From: Hydrolagus affinis
Lineage: Eukaryota
NCBI GenBank assembly: GCA_012026655.1
Contig: JAAILG010000111.1
Coordinates: 62,001 to 126,000 of the forward strand
Length of the DNA: 64,000 nt
Reading direction: 5' to 3'
This document shows, piece by piece, positions 38,230 through 51,920 of the stretch; position 1 is the first letter of the stretch, and the number at the start of each line of letters is the position of its first letter. The notes beneath the pieces are model-generated. The model made no database searches, was not told the origin of the DNA, and saw only the letters and a program-made list of their open reading frames with translations. Made by a program: the position numbers and the translations under genes.

Positions 38230-38566
38230 CTAGCTGTTGTATTTAGATGTGAAAGGTTTAAGCAGTATGTTTTGGGGAAAAGAATAATCATAGAAACTGA
38301 TTATAAAGTGTTAGCGGCCATTTTAAAAAAAGGACTTAACAAAACGTCTTCGAGGCTCCAGAGGATGCGTATAAGGTTACAAATATATAATATAGAATTC
38401 ATGTACAAGCTAGGAGAGACATCACATGCAGGTGCACTAAATTGGGCAACCAGCCAAGATGAGAATGAAGAGGACAAACAGCTAGAGGAGGAAATGCGAT
38501 TCCAAATATGGGAAATTGCAAAAGCAATGAGACAGGAGAAGAAAATAAGAGAGGCAAATAAAAGAG

Positions 38567-38717
38567 ATGAAGTACTTTGCCTCTGTCTTCACTAGAGAAG
38601 AGGATGCAGCCAATGCTACAGTATTGGAGGAGAGGGCAGAAGAAATGGATAGGATTAGTATAAACAGAGAGGAAGTACCAAAAAGGTTGACAGCGCTCAA
38701 AGTAGATAAGTCACCTG
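38567..38717 (+). mobile_element. Internal CR1 ORF2 fragment (pre-RT region)
   Basis: KYFASVFTREED...INREEVPKRLTALKVDKSP, the CR1 FxSVF...K(S/A)PGPD region. Confidence 0.8.
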
Positions 38718-39077
38718 TTGATAACAGAAGAGAGAAAATTAAAGCCACGAGTACAACAGAACAGGAAGAGAGAAGTTGCCAAGAATAAGGAAAAGAGAAA
38801 CATTTGGAAATAAATGAAAAAAAATGGTTCCAAAGAAAAGACCTCCAAATGGAAGGATGGACAAAAGGGGAGATTTGGAAGGCAGACAAAAATCCAAGAT
38901 CATATTGGATAAAGGATGATGAAGGCAAAATGTACAGAAGAACATCATGTGAGATCCGGAACAGAATAGTGGAGGAAGATGGATAATAGCAATACAAGGA
39001 AGAGCAGGAGGAAGCTGGGCAATCAAAACCCACTAGGTCTGGAAGAACAATAAAAAAAAGACTGCTTGAAGATAACT

Positions 39078-39078
<1 letters not shown>
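38718..39078 (+). pseudogene. Gypsy integrase C-terminal remnant
   Basis: GWTKGEIWKADKNPRSYWIKDDEGKMYRR and terminal TRSGRTIKK, typical of Gypsy IN C-termini; followed by (GA)n at 39079-39110. Confidence 0.7.
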
Positions 39079-39109
<31 letters not shown>

Positions 39110-39419
39110 AAAGGACTGCAGAAAGGAAGATGTTGGATATCCAATGGGATAGAAGCAGGTACATTATATAAAAGGATGTTGGGAAGGGAGCCAGGTTTGG
39201 CAAAAGAGTTGGAGAACTGATTGTGAGCTGAGAACAATAAAAAATAATAATAATCCTTGCAATTGATATAGCATTTTTCACGTCTTCTAGACGTCTCAAA
39301 GTGCTTCACAGAATACGCTTGAAAATGAATTGACTGTACATTTATGGGCGAAATGAATAAAAAAGTTCACTTCTACATTTGAGTTGTGAGAATTCTTACA
39401 GTTGTGGACTAAAATTGTT

Positions 39420-40105
39420 ACAATCAGCTTTCCGCTCACCTCCGAAACATTACCCACCTCTGCCTCTACCTCTTCCTCTAGGGTACCAAGACCCTCATAT
39501 CTATACTCTCATTATGACCAAACTAGATTATTCCAATCATCTTAATTGACTCACCAGCTCATAAATGCACCCAATTCTTGAGCAATTCCCAATACAAGTT
39601 GCAGACTAACCAGAACTCTGCAGCCCATGTCTTCTCCTACACTATCCTCACTTAGCTCCACCAGCTTCATTGACTCCCCATTGCCCAGTGGACTGAATTC
39701 AACAGCCTCATATCCCTCACAGTTTTGCCCCATCATACATCTGTAACTTCCTGCAACCCTTCCACCACAGCTGCTCCAGCAGCTCATGCTATACTGACCT
39801 ACTTCAAGAACATATTTCTCGCCCTATCCGCCCCACCATCAGCAGACTAGCTTTCAGTCATTCTACCTCTGGTCTGCAGGACTCCAACCTTCCCTACCCT
39901 CACGCCCCGAGGCTCTGGAACTCCCTTCCTCTCCCACTCTCTTCCCAGTTTCAGGTCTCAGATAAAGACCTTTCTCTTCGACTGCACCTTTGGTCACCTT
40001 TCTTCCCCTGCCCCTGGCTCACTACCAGGATCCGCTATTGTGAAGCACTCTGAGACGCCGTCCGGCATGGAGGGCACTATATAAATTGAAGTTGTTATTG
40101 TTGTA
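39420..40105 (+). mobile_element. L2 remnants ending in a younger L2 3' end
   Basis: Decayed ORF2 (ctagattattccaat) and tail gtgaagcactctgagacgccgtccggcatggagggcactatataaattgaagttgtt. Confidence 0.75.
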
Positions 40106-41287
40106 AAGCCTCCAATACACTTTTGACCCCACACCACAAGATCGGGTGCCCAGTCAGTTGTGTGAAGAAGCACTTTGAGACATCCCCCCAACATTTAGAC
40201 ATGGCGTGATGGGGGTGGGGTTGGCAGGAGGGGGATTGGCAGCAGCACTGAATTCTTCCTTACTTGTTAATGTACCAATAGATTTATAGTCTAAAGCTTG
40301 AGACTGGATGTAAGGGTGACGAGTTGCCAGAAAATACAATCTTTTGTAGCCTCTCTTTACACATACTGTACAAACTTACCTTCAGAAATAAATGTCCCAG
40401 TTTGTTACAATATTCAAACGTGTCTTTAAATATTTGATTATTTGCATGTAAACCATGGAATTAGTTAAAATCAAAATATTCTAAAAATGTTTTAGTGTTA
40501 ATACTTTATGCAGGTATGTATTCTATTCCAGTGCAAAATACTATAAATTTAATTGTACTTTTGCACTCTTAGAAATAATTTTAGTTAGGACATTTCTAAT
40601 CCCTCTATCTTTTGGTCAACCTGGTTTCTATTCAGCCTCTATAGAGATTGGGAACTGTTCCTTCTCCTTGTTGCACCTCATATCATTTCTGGAATGTTGC
40701 ATGGCTTTGTTGTGCTGTTTTATCCTGTGTGTCCAGCTTTTACTGATATAAAGTGGCTTGGCTCCTGGCATCTGAAACATAAATTACTTTCACTGCATGA
40801 ATTTCAAATTCAAGTGTACATCCCAGAAAGACACGCCTCTCATCCGCTCTAATAGTGATTCACACAAGGTATCACGCATACAACAATAACAACAAAATTG
40901 CACTTATATAGCGCCTTTCACGTTGGGAAGACGTCCCAAAGCGCTGATAAAGTAAACCTCACGTAAGTTGTATCAGTTGAGCCTGTACATTAATATGACT
41001 TATGCAACGTATGAGTTATGTCAATACCGCATAGAATATAAGATCTTGTACGGGACTTGGGCAGATGTTCGATTTAGGCAATTATATAATTTATACAGAT
41101 CAAACAATGCATGAATTTGGAATAACAAACTTGGCTTCATGATGCATCATAATCCATCGTTAGGTTTAAACATTCATTTCAATGGGTTTTCTCTCAAATT
41201 TGTAATCAATATAATGTATCACCTTATATTTGTCAGCAACAATAAAACCTGGATGAATTGTGATATGTTGGTGGATTAAAGGTTTTG

Positions 41288-41709
41288 AAGGCATCCCGCC
41301 CCAACCGTGGTCTTGGCAACCGCGGATTTCAAGTATACACGGTTTCCTCTCTGCGACAACTTTGCCAACTGCGGCAGTGAATTTTGCGTATCCACGGGTT
41401 TTAACATTAACACTAGCGTTTGGCTCTAGGACCCAGTTGCATCAACCGGCTACGATGTCGCTTCTCTCTTAGGATTAAGGTAACTAACCTTAATGAATTT
41501 ATTCTTTTTTATATTCTTTTTTATTGTGTTATTTGAACATTTATTGTTTTTGTTAGGTTATTGTGTTTTTTTTGTGTTTAGTAAAAGAACAAGCAACTTA
41601 CTCCCCATAACCCCATTTTCCCCAGAAGGCCTTGTATTTACCAACCGTGGTTTTAGTTACCACGGGGGTTTTCAGGAACGTATCCCCTGTGGTTGGGGAG
41701 GGATGCCTG
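41288..41709. mobile_element. Tigger-like non-autonomous DNA transposon
   Basis: TIRs aggcatcccgccccaacc / ggttggggagggatgcctg followed by TA; internal caaccgcgg-like subterminal repeats. Confidence 0.75.
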
Positions 41710-42999
41710 TACTGTATTGGAACATGCAACATTATATTACCTAATCATCACCACATATGAGTTCACTCAGCCGGGCACTGCCGGGGTTTGGCTGATACCG
41801 ACCAGTTCAGCCCCTTGTGATGGCCCCCACTAACTGCTTTAAATGCTTTAAACAACAAGATTAGATTTGTGTAACACTTCTTATGTTGGGAGGACGTCTC
41901 AAGGCACCGATAATAATAATAAAAATCCTTGCATTTGATATGGCGCTTTCATGTTTTCTAGACGCCTGAAAGCGCTTCTCAGAATGTATGTACTGTGAAG
42001 TGAATTGACAATAAACAATGTCTCTGATACATTTCTGTCAATTCTCAGTCTTCCAGCTTTGTGTCAAAAGGGTCCAAAATTGATCTAACAAGCTAATTTT
42101 TCAGGCGGACAATGAAAAACACTTTCATGAAAAGGTTGTTTCCATTTCAAAATGGACAGTGGAAGCAGCATTGTGGAAAACTGACCTCGAAATTAAGACA
42201 CAATTCAGAATTTTAAGATTAATTTGTCTTCCAGGCAGAAAATCAGGCAGAGTCAGATAAAGGAATTTAGCAAGTGATAAGCATTAACACTAGTGTTCTT
42301 TCCGTTACTGTTTGTAACGGAGTGAAAAAATTACTGTTGGCAGTAATCAGTACATGACAGAGCCTCACAAAGATTTGAATTGGTAGGAATATAACTAAAA
42401 TAAAAGTACAGAGAAGACTAGATCTATCAAAACATCAACACAAATAACATTTATTAATAATTTTATTTAAAATGTTTTTTGTGAGTTTCAGTTAATCTTA
42501 TCCATCTTGATAATTGAGTACTGTTCACCCGTAATATAATAATAATATAATAATATAATGGTAATGAAATGCTTTGGTTTTCTGTTCAGTGTTAAGGTGG
42601 GGATTTTACAGCCCTCCAACCCTCAGAAACCAGTGGGCCTGAGGCAAACCATGGGTTAAAGAAATTGAATTTCCACCCTACCCTTCTAATGATTTTCTAA
42701 ATTAGTGTTATTTGCTCCATGGAGGAAATCATTTAGCACTGAGTTAAACGTATGTCAGAATCAATCTTTAGTGAAAGTATTACCTTGAACTCAGATTGCT
42801 TGGAATTATTGTACAATACAAGCTACTGACACTAAATATGTACTCCAAGCTCTCCAAGAAGTACAATATATATTACATGAACCTATATCGTTGTGACAAG
42901 ATGTTACTGGCACGGGGGCCATTATTTGCTTGGAGGAGAGTCTCTTTGACAATGCAAGTGCAGAGTACAGACAATACAGAGTATTCCAGAGTTTTGGGG

Positions 43000-44300
43000 A
43001 GGAGTGGCTGAAAGTGCGCTCTCCAATGGTGGGGCGTAGGGTGCGATGGACAAGCAGGTGACCAGGGCCAGTTCAGTGGAGCCACCGGGTAGTGGATTAG
43101 GGAGTGAGGAGATTGGATAGGGAGGGAGGTGCCAGAGAGTGAAGGGATTTGAATACGAGTTTGAGGATCTTGAAGTCAATCCGTTCGGTGATGGGGAGCC
43201 AGTGGAGCCTGGCCAGAACTGGTGAGATGTGGATACGGAGTTTGGTCCGGGTCAGTATGCGGGCAGCAGAGTTCTGAATCAGGTGGATCTTTTATAAAGT
43301 GGAGCTGGGGAGACTAGTGAGGATTCTGTTGGAGTGCATTGGGAGTAATCCAAGTGGGAGGTGACAAACTCAATCACAAGGGTTTTGGCTGCTCTTGGGG
43401 TACGGTACGGTCGGGCAATATGGCTGAGGTGTAAGAAGGCGGTCCTGGTCAGGGACAGGATGTGGGGTAGAAAGGACAGCTGGGGTTCACACCGGACCCC
43501 TAGATTGCGCACTAGCTCAGTGAGTGTGAGGGAGAGCCCAGGGTGGTTAAGCAGTTCAGATCCACAGGGGTGAAGACGAAAGCCAAGATGTATGGCTTCT
43601 GTCTTGTCCACATTCAGCTGCATTAAGGTTGCACTCAGCCAGGCCCTGATGTCTGCCAGATAAGCTAATAAAACATCGGCAGACCTAGAGTTGCTACTGG
43701 GGTATGTAAAGTAGATTTGTGTGTCACCTGCATACACGTGGAAGTTTAACCCATGTCTGTGGATGATATCACCCAGAGGGAGCAGACAGAAGAGGACCAA
43801 GGACGGAGCCCGGGGTACCCCGCAGGTGACTGGGCGGGAGCGGGAGAACAAATCATTTGCCGAAATAAAATGAACAACAACAACAACTTCGATTTATATA
43901 GCGCCCTCCATGCCGGACGGCTTCTCAGGCGGTCAGTTCAGTAGGACTCGAGCAAATGTGAGTGCAGTCCCACGAATGAGGGAGGAGAGATGGAGGAGGA
44001 TGGATTGGTAGACAGTGTCGAACGCGATAGAGAGATCTAGGAGGATGAGGAGGCAGAGAGTGCCCTGGTCAAAGATAGGAGGACATTGTTTGGGACTTTG
44101 ACAAGCGCTGTCCCTGTGCTGTAGGCAGGGCTTAAACCTGACTGCAGGGCCTCGAAGAGGGAGTAGATGGAGAGGTGTGACCGAAATTGACCTGCAACAA
44201 TGCAATGTGTTCTAGGACTTTGGCAATGAAAGGTAGTTTGGAAATGGGATGGTAGTGTGAGAGATTAGAGGGATCAAGTGTGGGTTTTTTGGGGAGGGGC
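43000..44300 (-). mobile_element. L2 LINE RT-region remnants (at least two pieces, with an L2 tail at 43874-43930)
   Basis: LILLDLSIAFDTV, GVP, HVYAGDTQIY (degenerate YADD), LNVDKTE, VRNLGV, SHLDY. Confidence 0.9.
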
Positions 44301-44722
44301 ACCAGACAATGGAACTGAATTGAATCAGGCAGAGTGCAGTCACTCTATGATTAATCAACCGATCATCCATCAAAACGTGGCTGGGCTTTAGATGTAACTA
44401 CAAATACAGATCAAATGATGCTTTAAAGGATGGTATCCCTTTCACTGCACATTCCATTGACTCATAATGAAAACTGTAGAAAGTTAAAAGCACTTTATCT
44501 TTCTGTGAATTCCTAGCATTACTTTCGTTGAGAATGTTTTTTAATTAAAAAGCTAATTAATTGTGTTTTCAGGAAAAAGTTGAAACATACAAGTCCAGTG
44601 CATAGAGATTTAATATCAACTGGAATTTATTTTGCTCAATTGATCTAAAATTGAGATATCAGATCATTGATAAAATTGTTTATTGTACAATTGGAAACCA
44701 CGGAGGAGGCCTGTGGGATTGT

Positions 44723-45068
44723 GGAGTTCTATAGTTTAGTGATTAAGGCGCTTGCCTCACAATCGATTCTTGGACAGTGCGACACATTTGACAAGTTTCT
44801 GTGCTCCACATGCCTCTGTTTACCTAGCAGTAGTGGGAACTGCGTTGTTAGTCAATTGGCGGATCGCTTTCCCGGGGGAAAAGTCCCTTTCAAAAAATAA
44901 TAATAATTTGGTCACTCAATCCAAGACCGTTTGTGGGTCAACTGTTCTGGGTAATTGGCTGCTGTGTTTCACCCAGAGTATATACAGTCAATTGACTTTA
45001 CAGTATAGTCTGTGAAGCGCTTTGAGACATCTTGAAGATGTATTGAATCCAAGGGTTATTATTATTAT
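44723..45068 (+). mobile_element. SINE, long-body subtype
   Basis: Diverged head, gcctctgtttacctagcagtag...gtcaattggcggatcgc segment and tail. Confidence 0.8.
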
Positions 45069-45275
45069 TGTTGTTGTTCCTCACGACGATGGAGAACTGT
45101 AGACGCATTGTGATAGTTTTGCTCAGTGTGCAGTGTGTTTAGTTTGGTCTTACTCTATGCCATGTCCTATTCAAATCATGTCATCATAGGTATCACCACA
45201 GGAGTATCATTACCTGCTTAGAATTTATTTTGCTGCTCATTGTGCTGTCAGAGGAGAAGATCATTAGCCTTAAAA

Positions 45276-45552
45276 CTGTGTTCGAATCCAGGCAGGTCAG
45301 GGCGAAACCTTGGACAAGTTTCCTTACTCGACACACCTAATAATAATCCCTCAAAAAAAACAACCAATAATCAAATTGGTGATTTCAATCCACGACTGTT
45401 TGTGGGATACTGCTGTGTGCAATTGGCTGCCGCATTTCGCCCACAAATATACAGTCCATTCACATTACAGTACATTCTGTGAAGCGCTTTGAGATGTTTA
45501 GAAGACATGAAAAGCACTATATCAAATTCAAGGATTATTATTTTATTATTAT
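45276..45552 (+). mobile_element. 5'-truncated SINE, short-body subtype
   Basis: Starts at the B box (ctgtgttcgaatcc) and runs to the (ATT)n tail. Confidence 0.88.
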
Positions 45553-46765
45553 TAATGAAGTGAATGTCCACATGCTCTCGTTGGAGGAATGGCTTTCATA
45601 TTTATCCATCATCTAAAATCTCAATTTACGTGGATTCTTTAAACATTGCATGAAAATCAAAGTGATTGTCATAGGCGATAAAGTGCATCTCACTTGAAGT
45701 TATATTAGAAATAAGATAAAGTAATGTTACAAAGTAAAGTATTACTTTTTGGTTTATTAACCAAAAGATAACAAACATAATTTTGTCTGTTAACGAGCAA
45801 ATTAAGCGATGCTGCCTTTCATTCTTATTCTGGGAGGGAATGCACATGGTGAGGATATCAACAGCCTTGAAGACTGAAAGGTCAGTAAGTTGTACAGTTT
45901 GTCTTTGCTGGGACTTGAAGGTGTAACTGTAAACATGGTGGATTATTGCCCTTGGACTTCATTACTGGTCTCCTATCTGTGAAGGACACACAGAGCACAA
46001 TTTTCACTGTTCCTCGGTGTACTTTGTGCCCAGTGGCCATCCAGTCAGTGTTAATGCAGTAATTATGTTTTTCTTTTTTTAAAAATTTTACAGTAGTATG
46101 ATTTGTTTGGATCAGATGAGTGTCCGACAAATGTAAAATGGCAAATGTAAAAATGCATCGCCATGCTAAAACTAGATTGAGAGTTCCACATATGCAAGCT
46201 ACTTACACTTGGAAATTTCCATGTGTGTGGAATGGAATGTGAACTCGGGAACATCACACATTGCTTACCTAATCTGGAGAGTGTTAGGCATAGGTTCGAC
46301 CTTGTAATGTTGGAACTACCACATATAGATAATAAAGTGGAAACATATTACACATTAAATTTCCTTTTGGCTGTTTCAAGATGATTTCCTTTGTAATATT
46401 GCCTGAACGTACATGTGGATAGCAACATTTGATTGTTTTGTCTGTTCTGCACATGTGCAATGTGTTGTTTGTTTGATTTTCCCACTCACCACAGCAGGTA
46501 ACTTGTCAGTGTGTTTCCCTCCCTTCACTGGGCCAATTCATCAAAAGGAGTGAAGGACAATATATTTTCCTTTCATTTTATCCACCGAGATTCAGTCTGC
46601 ATTTATAATCTTAAAACTAAATATTCCCTATTTGTACATGTACAGGTAATTGTGTAGAGAAATTAATGGAATAAAATATGTCATCAAAGTGAAAGCAAAA
46701 TCTCTCTCTTCTCTCTGTGGATGTTAAAAGCCACCATTGTAAACCTTATTTCCAAAGTGCGGCTG

Positions 46766-46985
46766 GTGTCAGCCTGGCTATGGATTCAAGCACCACATTG
46801 GGACTTTGATTTGATGGACTTGGCTGACACTCCAATGCAGTGCTGGGGGAGTGCTGCATTGTCAGAGGTGTCATCCTTCAGATGAGACATTAAACTGAGG
46901 TCACAAATGCCTGTTCATTGTTCAGATGGAATCCACGGCACAATTTGAGAAAGGAAGAGAGTTTCTCCCAGTTAACACCCAAACT
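46766..46985 (+). mobile_element. Deu-domain SINE 5' part
   Basis: gtgtcagcc head; ggctgacactccaatgcagtgctgggggagtgctgcattgtcagaggtgtcatccttcagatgagacattaaactgagg Deu core. Confidence 0.75.
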
Positions 46986-48584
46986 AAACCATATTTTACT
47001 ATCATCATATTTCCACATACAGTTTGTCAGATTTTTTTGATATTACCAAATTACATAATATCATACAGAAAGAGAAAAAAAAGCAGGATGTTCTGTGGTT
47101 TTGCTAACTGACTGTAATATGTGTAGACTTCAGCTTCTTCTAGGGACATCGTAAAGTATGTAAATGAACAGAAGCATTTGCAGGGGTGTGGGGAATTGAT
47201 AGTGGTGCTTTGAATGAGGCTAACTATGTAAATTGAGTTGTATGTTTTTTTTCATTGATTGGTAGAACACTGAACAACCTCAAACAGAAGCTACAACCAA
47301 CTATTACCACATACCTGCTTTGGGCTATTTAACTTTACATATGGAACCAACAACCATATAGAAAGTTAGGACACAAAATAAATTTCTGTTATGATTGTGA
47401 AATGTGGAATTTATCACATGCAGTCGAGAGAAAATAGAACAACAGGAATCATTTCTGATTCAATTAATAAATTCACAGGGCCTTCTCTCCTGGCACGTTG
47501 AACTCACTGCAAGAATATTAGATGGTAAAGAGCAAGAAAAGGTCATTTGAGCTGTTCATCGCTCGACACTGTGCAATCAACATCATGGACTCTACCACAA
47601 TTAGTCTGAGAGAGATCTCTGCATTGATGTTTTCTTGTTACCAAATCTAGCAAAAGCTCCAGAGAAATCATGCCTTTCCACATCTGACCCATTCAGATGT
47701 GGCCCTCGTCGTTTTACAGATAACCTGGATTTCCCTCTGAAATCATGAACTTAAAGTGAAAATGTTATACTTTTAACATGAAGAATAAAACTCTTTATAA
47801 TAATATTATTATGTAGTGCACATGTAGATGTAGTGAACATACAGTGCACCTCCAGCACTACAGTGGAGTGTCATCCTGGAAGCCTAGATAATAATGCAAG
47901 TCATAGTACATGGGGTGGGGTGCTACTGCTCATCCTCTGATCTATAATAATGTAATAATGATGCTTGCATTTGCTATAGTGCCTTATCATGTCTTCTAGA
48001 CGTCTCAAACTGCTTCACAGATTATACTGTAGAGGGAATTGACTGTATAGTTTGTGGGATATGTATGGTGGCTCACTCTGGTGGGGCCCCTGAGCAGGTG
48101 GTGACTCACTGTGGATGCCTTTACCAGCCAGCACGATGGTCATTAGAGAATAGCTCTTACTATGATTGTGAAAAGGCCCCAGGAGCCAGAGTGGAAATGA
48201 AGAGAAATGCTGTGGTTGAAATCGTCACTCTTCGCAGATCCGCTAAATTAAAAATTCTTAAATGCCATAATTGCAGAATTGATGTCAAGTCTACATCGAT
48301 TCAACAACTTGTGGCATTTGAGAAGGTTGTGTGGCTTTCTACTCTTAAGTAACCTGACGCTACGTTAACTCTGATAACCGCCACCCCTACTGCAAGTAAA
48401 ATTGCTATTGAATTTCACAAAGTGTGCACTCAGATGACAGCAGTTGGTCTGACTAACTCAACCGCTCTGGTTTTATTGCTATCTCAGCATGTGGGTTTGT
48501 TGAATAGACATTAGAAAATCTATGCACATCCATGCAAACCTGTGGAGATGTAGGACAAGAAGACCATCAATGAACAGATCACGA

Positions 48585-49255
48585 TTGGAACCATATAAAT
48601 TTGGCTCATCGTGTCAATGCTGGCTTCCTGAAGAGCAATCCCACTTCCCTGATACCTCTGTAGTTGACGCATTTTAAATTATCTGTCAAGTTCCCTCTTG
48701 AAAGCTAATATAGATTTTGCCTCAACTACCACTCCCAGCAGGGCATTCCATATCCTAAATATGTGTGTGAAAACAACTCCCTATTTGCTTGTTTACTAAC
48801 TATCTTAAATTGATACCATCTATTTTGCTGACTCACCAGTGGAAATCATTTCTCCCTACTGATTGTATCAACTCCCATCCCTATTGACTCTGTCAATAGT
48901 CGCAGTTCCGTTGCTCAAAAGCCAAACCACTGGTGTCTTCCCAGTAAATTTCCTCTTCACCTCCTCTGTTACCTGATATCTTTCCTAAAGTGGGGTGAAC
49001 AATACTGAACACAATATTCTAATTGTGGTCTAACGAATGATTTGTATTTTAGCAACATCTCTTTGCTTTAATATTCCATATTCCTGTTTATAAAACGTAA
49101 GATTCTGTTTTTGACAGCTCTGACCTCCCTCCTTCCCCTGTATATTAACCCCCAAGTCCCTTTTCTCTTCCACTCTTTTTATATTTTATTGTCCCTACAT
49201 ATACTTGCTGTCTTTATTCTGAATCCCCAAATGTATCACCTCATATTTGTTTGCA
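48585..49255 (-). mobile_element. Old CR1 LINE 3' region
   Basis: ggcattcca, ccagtggaaatcatttctccc and tactgaacacaatattctaattgtggtctaac (reverse: VRPQLEYCVQY), homologous to the other CR1 copies. Confidence 0.7.
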
Positions 49256-51014
49256 TATGACACAAACATTTGCTTAATGATATGCTTTTGGCATAAATTA
49301 CAAATTTTACAATGAAATGCAATGACATCTTGAGCGTAATTACCCTAATAAAGCATCAAATATTTAAATCATTCTGTCAGAAATGGTTTGAATTTTTTTG
49401 CAGCATTGTGGAAAATAAAGGTTTGTTGCGAAGCAAACAGTCCTGTATTTCAGCTGCGTCCGGCTCCACCTTATTGAGAATCTGCTGCAAACCAGACGAG
49501 TGCGGTGAATTTACTGTACTCTGTAAGCCCACTCTGCGGCTTTCAAAGTAAATGCAAAAGAGAATAAAATGTTTTGGCAAGCTTTCCCTTTCTGCTAGCA
49601 TGATTTGACTTAGAGACCAGATTCAGTTGTGGCTTGTTCAGCTGGTCGAACAAATGTTCCAACTGCCAAAGGAAATGTAATAAAAGTCAGTGAGAACTGT
49701 GTGACAACGTGTGGATGAGATACTTAGAGCTTTAGCACCGACTGCCAGAGAGGGCTGAGTGGTCATTAGTTGGTATGGGATTTATTTGTGCTGTGTGGTT
49801 AGAACTGGATGATGACAAACTTATAGGAACAGACATTTTAAAGGAAAACTGAATTGTTTAAGATCAGATGCCACACAGAAAAACACATGAAACCGCGGAT
49901 CCAGAAGTGGTTTCTTGATTACATCTGATGAACGATGCCCAAACTGCTTTATGGCAAAGATCTATAGTGTACGTAGAGGAAACATACAGAAAGCCACCAT
50001 TATTATGGCATTAGTTCTAGTGGAAGTTGAGAATGGTGTCACTTGAAATGAATCATATGTTGCCTTTTTTGTGCAGATGTCTGTAACTTAGGAAGCAATG
50101 TTGGAGTGAGACTGAGATGTCTTGGCCATTGCCATATGCAATCGTACCCAATGCTTTGTTGGAACCAAATACATCAGTTATTTCCATAATAGGTCTTTTT
50201 TGCTGAATGTATGATTGGCTGTATGATGAGCTGAACAGAAAATAAACAGCAAGCTTTAACTGCGCGATGAATTACATTGCCTCCTACCCTCCCTGCCCTC
50301 CACCCTTGCAATATCCTCCCAATTTGAAAAGCGCTATACAAATGTAATTTGTATTATATTGTATAGCTTTACTCCTGATATATTACATGGTAAAATCAGG
50401 CTTCATGACGATTAAGAGCTCTGCATCGAGGGTGCTATATAAGTGCAAGTTGTTGTTGTTGTAGTAAAGCAGAAGGGTGCTATTTATATAAATGTAAGTG
50501 CCACATTACACAGCTCTGTGCCTCCATCTGGGCGACACTGGGTCTATAGTACGTTTGCTGCAAATTTGAATCATCACAAAACGTTCAGTGTAAATACCGC
50601 ACAAGATTTACAGTGGGTTCGAAAACAATCACTTCAATTATTTAAAAAATCTATTATCAAAATATTCAGAATGTCAGAGTTTGATCACCGCAATTCTGCT
50701 CTCAAACCATCTCGTCCTTGCTCTGTAGATCGCCACATCTTACACCTACTGTACTTAATTATTCAATTCCTGCATGTAAAATGACAATAAATGTTAAATA
50801 TTAACTGAATTACCGAGCGACTTTATGAAAATCTGTTTAGCAAAGGGGATTGATTTGATCCGTAATTTTTTTTTCACAAATTCAAATTCAAATACAGTGT
50901 CTGTTTTGTGTGTTGTCATCATTTTAATTCGAAAAAATCAAGTCCTCTGTCTCTGTTGGGTTGAGTTGTTGCAGCCTGCACATATGTCGATGTACTAGAC
51001 TGTATTTCAGGTAA

Positions 51015-51920
51015 GATAATAATAATAATAATAATAATGATAATAATCCTTGAATTTGATATAGAGCTTTTCATGTCTTCTAGACATTTCAAAGTGCTTC
51101 ACAGAATATACTTTAAAGTGAATTGACTGTATATTTTGTGGGCAAACCTTGGCAGCCAATTGCTCACAATATATATTTTTGTTTTATGAGCTATGCAGCG
51201 CTTTATCAATATCAAATGAAGTATTATGTTTCTAAATTATACCAGCCTATCTTTTACAAAAAGTTAAAATGTTTCTCTGCATTTAATGACAGTATTGGGA
51301 TAAATTCTTGTTCATTTATCATCATTTGTCACCTAGTATTTAAAAGCCTGGCTTTCATGCAGCTCATCTAAATTATTCTTGTATTGTGAGTTAATCTACA
51401 GATTCTACAGTACTTGTATAGTATGTGGAGTCCTGTAGCTCAGTTAGAGCACTTGCCTTGCAAACGAGAAACTTGGTTTTGATTCCAAGCAGGACGAAAC
51501 CTTGGGCAAGTTTCCTTGCTCCACATGCCTGATAATAATCCCTTGAAAAAAATACACCAATAGTAAATTGGTTGTTTAAATCCATGACGGTTTGTGGGAC
51601 ACAACTGTGCGCAATTGGTTCCTGTGTTTCTCCCACAAATATACAGTCAATTCACTTTACAGTATATTCTGTGAAGCGCTGAGATGTCTAGAAGACGTGA
51701 ATAGCACTAAATCAAATGCAAAGATTATTATTGTTTAGTTTGTTTGTTTTGAAGGAATTATTACCTCCGGAAAAGTGATTCAGCAATTGACTAACAACCG
51801 GGTTCATATTTACTGCAAGTTAAACAGCGGTGTGTGGAGCAGAGAAACTGACATTTCAATTGAACCCGGGTCTCTTACTTACGAGGCGAGTGCTCTAACC
51901 ACTGAGCTACAGGACTCCAC
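51015..51920. mobile_element. Cluster of three SINE copies (51015-51170 minus; 51427-51732 plus, full; 51755-51919 minus, head)
   Basis: Head, body and tail motifs as in the reference copy. Confidence 0.85.

Larger units (their letters stand above)
36745..38566 (+). pseudogene. Gypsy pol remnant (RT - RNase H)
   Basis: LRICLD, LNKAIKRDHYRIP, FSTLDCSSGYWQ, TPYGRYCFMRIPFG, YVDDIL, VRYLGH, RNase H VDA..GIGAIL, YTQIEKECL, ETDYK. Multiple stops and frameshifts. Confidence 0.92.
35360..39400 (+). mobile_element. Decayed Ty3/Gypsy LTR retrotransposon with nested L2, CR1, SINE and Penelope-tail insertions
   Basis: Two homologous LTR remnants (35398-35493; 39131-39400, TG...CA, preceded by the purine tract agaaaggaaga), with RT, RNase H and integrase C-terminal remnants in Gypsy order. 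Confidence 0.85.

Noticed and set aside
38482-39309. 275-aa minus-strand ORF
   Set aside because: Antisense of purine-rich Gypsy/CR1/(GA)n sequence, giving a low-complexity S/L/F translation.
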